NCBI GenBank assembly: GCA_043228905.1
Contig: JBHGNT010001038.1
Coordinates: 1-12,744 of the forward strand
Direction: 5' to 3'
Source: Azolla caroliniana
Lineage: Eukaryota > Plantae > Polypodiophyta
Length of the DNA stretch: 12,744 nucleotides
Shown here: positions 1 through 8,227 of the stretch, in pieces
How positions within the stretch are numbered: the first letter of the stretch is position 1
Layout: each line of letters opens with the position of its first letter
Notes under the pieces: model-generated
The model's database searches: none
Told to the model about the DNA's origin: nothing
What the model saw: the letters and a program-made list of their open reading frames with translations, nothing else
Made by a program: the position numbers and the translations under genes

Positions 1-447
1 AAAATATACATAAGCAGACCAAGACAAAAACTAGCAAGCGATTTGTGCTAAACTCTAAATATCAATCATAGTTTCTGTGAACAGGATAGACCTTTATTGT
101 GAATTTAAATTTAGTAAGGGCTATTCAACTTCGAAAATTATATATCTTAATAATTTTACAAGGATATGTATCATATTGGAGGGTAGGTATGGTTTATATT
201 GATTCCATATCCCATATTGTTGAGAATTTTAATACGATAGGTTTGAATTTGGAATCATAAAGGTAATTCGTGTGTTATTTTCTATTATTTTAAGCTATTA
301 TAGGTCATAGAACCTGTTTCAATAAGGGCGCTAAATGTTACAAAATGTAGCAAATGTCACTAAAAATGTCTGAATTGGACATAAAATTGGTATCTTTTCA
401 CACATATATCATTAAGTTCCCCCACAGACACAATCTTCCTTTTAAAA

Positions 448-797
448 AAGAGGGTTTTATACAAGAACTCGATATAGGGTATCGAGTTCTTGTATAAAAC
501 ACTCTTATTAAACAGAAACTCGATACAACGTATCGAGTTCCTGTTTAAAGTGGGGGATTTAAATAGTAACTCGATACGGCGTATCGAGTTGCTGTATAAA
601 GCCCTACATTAAACAGGGACTCGATACGCCGTATCGAGTTACTGTATAAAACACCCACATTAAACAGGAACTCGATATGGCATATCGAGTTCCTGTATAA
701 AGTGGGGGATTTAAACAGGAACTCGATACACCGTATCGAGTTCATGTTTAATAAGAGTATTTTATACAGGAACTCGATACCCTGTATCAAGTTCTTG
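448..797. repeat. Tandem array of 7 palindromic (hairpin) units, period 50-51 bp; whole array forms a larger inverted repeat
   Basis: Core (A/G)ACTCGATA-N5-TATC(G/A)AGTT starts at 466, 517, 568, 618, 669, 720, 771. Unit 1 has 27-bp arms (448-474 / 480-506, one mismatch). 463-548 is close to the reverse complement of 710-796. Confidence 0.95.
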
Positions 798-846
798 AGT
801 GCTAAAACCATATTTACAAAAAAGGCCAGTACAACCAGGTGCTTAC

Positions 847-997
847 TTCGAATCTTGGCGCTCACTCTTCTTAGAAGACATGATTCTCGTCGTCGATGCT
901 AATGGGGAGATGACGATTGGTGCTCTAGGCTATGTGCGCTCGTGTGCTCTGTTCTGCGTGAGTGATTGCGAAATGAGGGGGTCTTCCTATTTATAGG
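847..997 (-). other. Putative promoter, 5'UTR and first coding mini-exon (MSSKKSERQDS) of a minus-strand gene
   Basis: On the minus strand: TATA box CCTATAAATAGG (997-986), CA-rich leader, ATG at 881-879, 35-nt exon, then canonical donor GTAAGC (846-841). No downstream exon identified. Confidence 0.4.
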
Positions 998-1043
998 GAT
1001 TGACCACTGTGGTTAAAGTAAACACAATTACTTTAACCATGGT

Positions 1044-1309
1044 TGGTAAGCTTAAGGTTAGTTAGTTAGACCTAAGAGAGAGTTTCTTTGACTTTAGGAA
1101 ACTTTTTTCTTAGACCTTAGTACACTTTATTTAGTACATAATCTTGAATGTACCAATGAATCTCTAATGGGTTTTAATTAAATGATGTTTATGAATGAAT
1201 CAAATGATTAAATACTCAAACTCACATATTAATCTTGACAATAATTGTCTTTTTCTCTCTTTTCTATCTCTAATACTAATCCTCTCTGTCTCTGGTACTA
1301 CTTCTGACA
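1044..1309 (+). mobile_element. Putative degenerate 5' LTR of the Ty3/gypsy element
   Basis: Ends in TGACA (1305-1309) followed by GTTTGAACC, the same LTR-end context as at 11476-11490, and gag ATG follows about 50 bp later. The left boundary is a guess. Confidence 0.45.
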
Positions 1310-1356
1310 GTTTGAACCGAATTTTATCCTCTTATCATTCCTTCCTCTTGACTCTA

Positions 1357-1790
1357 ATGGTGAATGTTAGTGCACATGAATACCAATTTGTCTTTTCAGA
1401 GCTTCAGTGCTTGAAAGAAAAGTTCGTAGCACTAGAACAAGAAAATCAACGTTTGTTGGGGGATCTTCAACAAATCACCATAGAAAAGCAACAAATGCAA
1501 CCACACCATAAGGACTGGGTATTACGAGTACAACAATTGGAAGCAACTATTATCTTGTTACAACAACAAGGAACGGGTACTCAAGGAATCCTTAAGGAAC
1601 CCAAGGTTGGCCGTCCCATGAAATTTTATGGAACACGGTCACAGTTTAGAGGGTTCCTCAACCAAGTACAATTGGCAATTCAAATGCATCCTTCTTGATA
1701 TCCAACTGATGCGTCACGAGTGGGGTTAGTAGACATATTATTTAGTGGTACAAAATTAGCATGGTTTGACCTTTGTTGGAAAAAGGATCA
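1357..1790 (+). pseudogene. gag: Ty3/gypsy gag, N-terminal part, inactivated and truncated
   Basis: Coiled-coil followed by KEPKVGRPMKFYGTRSQFRGFLNQVQLAIQMHPS*YPTDASRVGLVDILFSGTKLAWF, typical of Ty3/gypsy (chromovirus/sushi-like) capsid. Stop TGA at 1696-1698 (probably CGA), then a frameshift. Confidence 0.85.
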
Positions 1791-1799
1791 TTAATGCAT

Positions 1800-2439
1800 T
1801 TCGCTACATCAATTACGTAAGGAGGGAAGAAAGGAAGCAATGTTTTTTTTGCAGTATCAATAAAGTCTTCTAGTGTCACTGAGGCAAAGTCAACAATTCA
1901 ACTTCCAAAAAAGTATTATGATTATGCTGATGTTTTTGATAAGGTAAAAGCAAATACACTTCCACAACATCGATTGTATGATTGTCCCATTGATTTACAA
2001 CCAGGAAAAGAGCCACCATGGGGCCCAATCTACAATTTGTCACCAACAGAGCTTGAGGTTCTTCGAGCCTACATAGAGGAAAACTTGGCAAACAGGTTCA
2101 TTGGACATTCAAAATCTATAGCGGTGCACCCATTTTCTTCGTAAAGATAAAAGATGGATCACTTCACATAGTCATGGATTATCGGGGTTTGAATAAAGTT
2201 ACTCTCAGGAATAGGTATGCACTTCCCTTGATCTCTAATATTTTAGAAAGGATTAATGGTACAAGATATTTTAAAAAGATCCATTTATGAGGTGCATATA
2301 ACCTTGTACGTATCCGGCCAGGAGATGAGTGGAAGACAACTTTTGGTACCCGATATGGACATTTTGAGTATATTGTTATGCCAAAAGCACCAACAATTTG
2401 TTAGCACATGGAAAATGACATTTTTCGAGATCTTTTGGA
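1800..2439 (+). pseudogene. pol: Ty3/gypsy pol fragment: PR-RT linker and N-terminal reverse transcriptase
   Basis: [122 protein letters not shown]. Contains stops, a frameshift and loss of FGLT, and ends before YxDD. Confidence 0.93.
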
Positions 2440-2690
2440 AAAGATGACGATAGAAGGTAGAGAGAGAGAAAGAAGATTGGAACAAAAAAAGGTTTATATT
2501 ATAAGAGAACAAGGGTTACAAAGAGTAGGCTAAGGGGCTGAAGACTGATGTTGAACGAAATGAGTTCTGATGAATTAGTATACACCTATTTATATGTCTT
2601 TATAGAGTATTCTAGAATATTCTAGAGTATTTTAGATATTTACGATATTAATCATGGAATATTCTAGAATGATCTAGAATACTCTAAAGG
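2440..2690 (-). mobile_element. Inverted LTR fragment (U3-TATA-R) of a gypsy-like family
   Basis: Repeated TATTCTAGA motifs as in the LTRs at 11006 and 12436. Minus-strand TATAAATA at 2594-2587, followed by TTCAACATCAGTC (compare TTCAACACCAGTC at 11282-11294), then a CT-rich tract. Confidence 0.6.
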
Positions 2691-3004
2691 GGTAAAAGCA
2701 TGCGAGTGGAAACACTATTATAGCTAATTAGCTGCTAAAATGGCCATAGCTATTTAGCTATTTGTTTAGCTAGTTTTTTGTGGGCAAATCATAAGGATCA
2801 TTTACGAAATTTTATGCTTTTTTAGTTAAATACATGTCATTTAAATACATGCCATTTAATTTATGAGAATACTCAAAAATTTGAATTTTGGTTTCTGACG
2901 TAGTGGAGCTTGGGGAACAATGCCCTCATCTAAACTCGACTTGAATGTCACCAAATTCCTGTTTAGGGTGAGTTTGAGTTCGAAATCCAAATATATCAAG
3001 TACT

Positions 3005-5116
3005 ATGAGCACGGATGCAGATGAAACTTCCGCAACAACACAAAAACTCTGATATCGACATTGCACCTTTAGAGCTACAACACCACCAATTCGATCCTCG
3101 TCCAAGTATGTATCAGTTACACATTAAAAAATCTTTTTTTTTAACTTTTTGATAACTGTAACTTTGTTGCATGTTCATCTTTTATGAAAAGTGATTAGGG
3201 CGAAGTCGTTGGAGTCCCAAACAAGGATGTCTCGAAGATTGGGGTGTAGCAGCATGTGTGTTTCTGATTGACAAAAGTTCTGATTAGGGTTGATTTCATA
3301 CATATTTCAAATTAAGGTTTTTGATTTCCTTAAGCAGTTGATTTCTGATTACGGTTTCTTATTAAGGTTTCTGATTAGGGTTTTTGATTTTTTAAGCAGT
3401 TAATTTCTAATTACTATTGAAAATTTCAGATTTAGTGTTGGAATTTTGCACCAATTCACATTTCTGATTTCAATGGTTGTGTCTACAAACTTTCCCCAAA
3501 CTTGATTTAGGATTTGGGTGAATGTGGCAGTTTTTATTTATTTTTGATTCGTCCCTACCAATTATGATTAGGGTTGATTTCATACATATTTCAAATTAGG
3601 GTTTCTGATTTCCTTAAGCGGTTGATTTCTGATTAAGGTTTCTGAATAGGGTTTTTGATTTTTTAAGTGGTTGATTTCTGATTACTATTGAAAATTTCAG
3701 ATTTAGTGTGGAATTTTGCACCAATTCACGTTTCTGATTTCAATGGTTGTGTGTCTGCAAACTTCCCCCAAACTTGATTTAGGATTTGAGTGAATGTGGC
3801 TAATTTTTTATTTTTGATTCTTCCCTACCAATTATGGTTCTAAATACACATGTCATAGTAGAGAAGAGGCAACATGTATTGATTTTTTATTTCAGGTGGC
3901 TTGTTCCTCCATATCCTAGAGTGTTGGACTTTGCAAAGTTTTGCGAGACAAAGGAGGACTTTAACAACATATATGGTATGTCGCTAGAGGGTATTGACCC
4001 TATTGTTCTAACAGATAAATTAATTAGTGATATAGACTAGTTGTCAGTCTATAAAGTGCACAAAGTGAAAGGCAAGGTGAAGCTCAAGCATGTACGACCA
4101 GATCTGTATGATGACTGCATGAGGTTCCACCAGAAAGTACATCAAGAGATCCCGGTCAACAACGACTTGTCTGTTGCATTCGCCCGAGCTTTTGCATACG
4201 AGTATTGCAAAACAATGAAGGAAGCAACGAACCCTGAAATGTACATGGTAGCTTGGACTATTTATGGTGAGGCATCAGTAGAACGATGCTGGAAGATGGG
4301 GAGCTTGCAACAAAAAATGGCAAGATTTTGGAGCATGGCAGTTGATGATGCAACTGCCGACTCCCAACAAACCCGCAAGTTTACACCACACTGAAACACA
4401 ATGAAAGCCAATGTCAATGATACAAGTGAGACATTGATTAGATATATGTTGAAAAATGTCCATGAAGCCTGTGAGGCATTGGAGCCAACAAAGACTGATT
4501 TAGAGAAAGCAACATTGGTTGCTGTGATGGAGAGCAAAGTCACTTTGGTAGTGACAACATTCAGAAATAAGATTCAGCTAGCTATTGTTTTGCTAGCATG
4601 TAACATGTTATAACTAACTTGTACATGAAAATGTGCTTAGTGAGGCATTATCTGGAACATATTTCTCAACATGAGCTCGAAATTGAGCTGTTGCTAGATC
4701 CTCGATAGAAAATACAACTGTAGACAGAGATCCAGGCTCTTTCAATGAACTTGGACCTTCTAGGTGTAAATACTGTCGTTGATTACAATTTGCAGAACCT
4801 CCAAGTAAGTTAATGATTCTTGTTTCTTGTTGTTCTATCTTCCTCATTAAGGAATGATAAATCGGTAAATTTCTAGGCCGCGTTGTAGGAACAATACTCC
4901 CGTCAAGAACAGGTAGTTAGCTGCCTTAAGAAGCAACTACATTTTGTGGAGGGGATGGTAAGGAGAAGACAAGAATTGGACCTCAACATTCTTGCTCCCT
5001 TACCAAACGAAGGAGAACCAGGCAACGATATATTGACAGTTCAAGCATGTTGCATCGCTTGCAGCTTAGGCGTAGAGGACAAAACTACTACTATGTTCGC
5101 ATACCTACGACCATAG
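3005..5116 (+). pseudogene. Spliced pseudogene of unknown family (exons ~3005-3105, 3896-4547, ~4640-4804, 4877-5116)
   Basis: Track ORFs 3834-4040, 4041-4394 and 4401-4613 share one frame broken by single stops. Splice signals: donor AA|GTATGT 3106, acceptor TTTCAG|G 3895 (phase-compatible), donor CAA|GTAAGT 4805, acceptor TTCTAG 4876. The acceptor near 4639 is unclear. C-terminal coiled coil and CIAC motif. Confidence 0.6.
3281..3834 (+). repeat. Tandem duplication (3281-3564, 284 bp; 3565-3834, 270 bp) containing ~13-bp TTTCTGATTAGGG-like subrepeats
   Basis: Both copies start TGATTAGGGTTGATTTCATACATATTTCAAATT and end TCCCTACCAATTA. Copy 2 lacks about one subrepeat. Confidence 0.93.
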
Positions 5117-5209
5117 ATTGATCCATGCGTGATATTCGTAGTATTCAACATTCGTAATATTCGTAATATTCGAGAATATGAAATGACCCCAAGAATATTA
5201 TAGAACCAT

Positions 5210-6420
5210 TCGTTTATTTATTTATTATTTATTATTTAAAAAAATAAATATTTTTAGATATATTATATAAAAATATTATTAGTGTGAGGTCCCTTTTTAA
5301 TATCAAGAGAGTAAAAAGTAGGGAATTAATGAACCTTTTATTTATTTTTTTATTTTTATTGTTTTATTAAAAATAAAACAAATACTTTTAAGTTTTTCAT
5401 CTATTATAAGAATATTATTAGTGTGAGGTCCCCTTTTTAATGTGAGATAAAAATATGAAAATTTATGGGAACCTTTTATTTATTCTACTTAAAAATTTTA
5501 TTTATTTATTTTTTGCTTTATTAAGAAATAAAACAAATACATTTAAGTTTTATATCTATTCTAAAAAATTACCTAATGGAATGGAGACTTGGGCAAGTTG
5601 ATTAACCTTCTACATTGCATTACAAGACTCATAAACCAGAGAAAGATGGCTCATTTTGTGAAAGAATATTCGGGGGGTTGCTTTATTAAGAAATAAAAAA
5701 AATACATTTAAGTTTTATATCTATTCTAAAAATATTATTAGTGTGAGATAAAAATATGAAATTTATGGGTAACTTTTATTTATTTAGATATTTTTATTTA
5801 TTCTCTGTTTTATTAAATTATAAAACAAATAATTTAAGTTTTATATATATTATAAAAATATTATATGTGTGAGGTCCCCATTTAATAACAGATAAAAATA
5901 TCAATTTTTGTGGGAGAGTAAAAAGTGGGGAACTAATGAAACTTTTATTCATTATTATTTATTAAAAATAAAATATCTTTTAAGTTTTTCATCTATATTA
6001 TAAGAATATTAGTGTGAGGTGCCCTTTTAATAATAGATAAAAATATCAAATTTTGTGGGAGAGTAAAAAGTGGGGAAATAATTAACCTTTTATTTATTAT
6101 GATTTATTAAAAATAAAATAGGTTTTAAGTTTTTCATCTATATTATAAGAATATTAGTGCGAGGTCCCCTTTTAATAATAGATAAAAATATCAAAATTTG
6201 TGGGAGAGTAAAAAGTGGGGAACTAATTAACCTTTTATTTATTAAAAAAAAAATAGCTTTTAAGTTTTTCATCTATATTATAAAAATATTATTTAGTGTA
6301 AGTCTCCTTTCTAATGTGAAGTTAAATATCCCCTATTTAATGTAAAAGTCTCTTTGTTATATGATATATTAAAAAACTAAAAAGTATGAACTTTTTTATT
6401 TTATTTTTACGAATATTTAT
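5210..6420. repeat. AT-rich tandem repeat (satellite-like), unit ~126-155 bp, about 7 copies
   Basis: GTGTGAGGTCC-like anchor at 5282, 5421, 5741, 5867, 6012, 6157, 6296. Shared blocks GAGAGTAAAAAGTGGGGAA and TTTAAGTTTT(T/A)(C/T)ATCTAT. Confidence 0.9.
5568..5677 (+). pseudogene. rpoC1: Nuclear insertion of a plastid-type rpoC1 fragment (RNA polymerase beta' N-terminus; NUPT)
   Basis: Translates as LPNG-(frameshift)[27 protein letters not shown], matching the conserved rpoC1 motif LPNG..GQV.KP.TLHYKT.KPEKDGLFCERIFG. Confidence 0.88.
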
Positions 6421-6446
6421 TTTGGTTATAAGTGTTCAAATCTGAG

Positions 6447-6749
6447 GTTCATAACAACAATGTTTTTGAACACTTGATGCAACATTTCTTCAAATCCCAA
6501 AACCTTGATTCAACCCCACCGAGCCCAACTACTGATGATGTCCCACCAAATCCCAATGTGCTTTAAAAGTTAGCATAAGACGCGACTGGCGTGCAAACCG
6601 TTGCTGAGGCGATGGAAAGGTTGTCGGAGGAGGACACATTTGCGCAGTGGGTGAAAGAAGCAAGGCTAAATGGGCAACTGGCTAGAAAAAGGCTGAAGAA
6701 GGGGCCACCATTGGGGACAAGACCAGTTACTCAGTCAAGGGGCTCTTGA
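6447..6749 (+). pseudogene. Decayed coding fragment (possible terminal exon), product unknown
   Basis: GC-richer island in one frame: VHNNNVFEHLMQHFFK..PNVL*KLA*DATGVQTVAEAMERLSEEDTFAQWVKEARLNGQLARKRLKKGPP..RGS*. The two TAA stops (6564, 6576) are single transitions from CAA. Confidence 0.4.
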
Positions 6750-6872
6750 ATTGGAGCTAATTACTGCCAGTTACTGATTATTGGGATATGACTGTTAGCT
6801 ATTTTCCTAGAAAATATTATGAAGATTTTCTATGATTGGTTGTTGCTTGATCCACATTATGTAATGGAACTC

Positions 6873-6930
6873 TATGATGGATATTAAGATAATATTATTA
6901 TGATGGATATTATGATGGACATTATGATGA
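6873..6930 (+). repeat. 12-bp minisatellite (TATGATGGATAT)
   Basis: Copies at 6873, 6899, 6911 and partial 6923, directly abutting the copia fragment. Confidence 0.75.
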
Positions 6931-6940
6931 GATCATCTTT

Positions 6941-8227
6941 TTCTCATCTTACACTCCAGGTGACTATGGTGTTGTGAAGATGGGGAATGATGGATTCGCA
7001 AAGGTAATTGGCACAGGAACCATTTGCTTGCAAACCAACACGGGATTTAAGTTGATTCTACATCAAGTACGACAGGTGCCCGATATTAAATTGAATCTAA
7101 TCTCCACATGTACATTAGATGACAAGGGCTACAGCCATGCGTTTCAAAATGGTAAGTAGAAAATCTCTAAGGGTTTGATTGTTGCTAAAGCTAATAAATG
7201 TTGTCACAATGGTTTATATCTTTTGCAAGCTTCTATCTCCACTGACTTTGTCAATGCAGTTGAGAATCCAAATGTTTCAAAATTGTGGTATAAGAGATTG
7301 TCCCATATTAGTGAAAGGGGACTTGACTTTCTAGCTAAGAAAAACGCACTACTAGGTTTAAAAGATGTAAAATTCGATAGATGTGATCATTGTTTGGTAG
7401 GGAAGGCTAAGAGGGTTTCCTTTCTGCATTCTTCTCTTCGACAAGAAAGTGTACTCGAGCTAGTGCATTCCGATGTGTGTGGACCCTTGAAGGTAAGGTA
7501 AATAAGTGGAGCACTTTATTTTGTTACTTTCATTGATGATCATTGTAGAAAGCATTGGGTTCGAATGTTGACGTCAAAAGATAAAATATTTGATGTTTTT
7601 AAAGAGTTTCATGTTTCTGTTGAGAGAGAGACAGGGAAGAAACTAAAATGTATTCACACCGATAATGGTGGCGAATACTATGGATCTTTTGATGCATATT
7701 GTTGAGAGCAAGGTATCAAACATCAAAGAACCCCTCCAAAGACTCCCCACTTAAATGGTTTGGCTGGAAGAATGAATAGAACCCTAGTTGAAAGAGTTAG
7801 GTGCTTATTCTAAGATGCGAAGTTACCCAAATCATTTTGGGGTGAGGCTTTGAATATTGTTGCGCATATAATTAATCTTTCTCCTACTACTGCATTGCAA
7901 GGTGATGTACCAAATAGAGTGTGATATGGTAGGGATGTCTCTTATGATTACTTATGTGTGTTTGGGTGTAACCGTTTTGTACATATACCCAAGGATGAAA
8001 TATTGAAGTTAAATGCTAAATCTAAACAATGCATTTTTTATTGGATATGGTCAAGATGATTTTGGTTATAAGTGTTACGATCCTCTGGGAAAGAAGCTTA
8101 TCAGGAGTCGTGACGTAGTGTTAATGGAGGACCAAACCATTGAGGACATTGACAAGGTGGAAAGGTCGAGTTCCTCTTCAAATGGTGATCTAGTAGATGT
8201 TAATCCAATTCCTATGGCGGATGATGA
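6941..8227 (+). mobile_element. pol: Ty1/copia pol fragment (protease C-term, GAG-pre-integrase, integrase core, SH3-like), Tnt1-like, pseudogenised
   Basis: VKMGND..VRQVPDIKLNLIS; LWYKRLSHISERGL..CDHC; LELVHSDVCGP; YFVTFIDD; TDNGGEY; NGLAGRMNRTL (catalytic E changed to G); FWGEAL; FIGYGQDDFGYKCYDP..RSRDVV. Several stops and frameshifts. No gag, RT or LTR. Confidence 0.95.

Noticed and set aside
1-440. AT-rich left end as a gene or RNA
   Set aside because: No ORF, repeat or motif that I can support.
448-797. CRISPR array
   Set aside because: Linkers are only ~9-10 bp and recur, there is no cas gene, and the context is eukaryotic transposon DNA.
545-996. ORFs 545-865 (-), 702-902 (+), 799-996 (+) as genes
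   Set aside because: By-products of the 51-bp (17-codon) palindromic repeat and flanking sequence; no recognisable domain.
1195-1356. Hydrophobic N-terminal extension (signal or TM segment) on the gag ORF
   Set aside because: It comes from the CT-rich LTR/leader. The plausible gag start is ATG 1357.
2922-2975. Weak inverted repeat CTCATCTAAAC / GTTTAGGGTGAG
   Set aside because: Short and imperfect, with a long loop; compatible with chance.
6157-6345. 62-aa ORF
   Set aside because: Lies wholly in the AT-rich satellite; low-complexity product.
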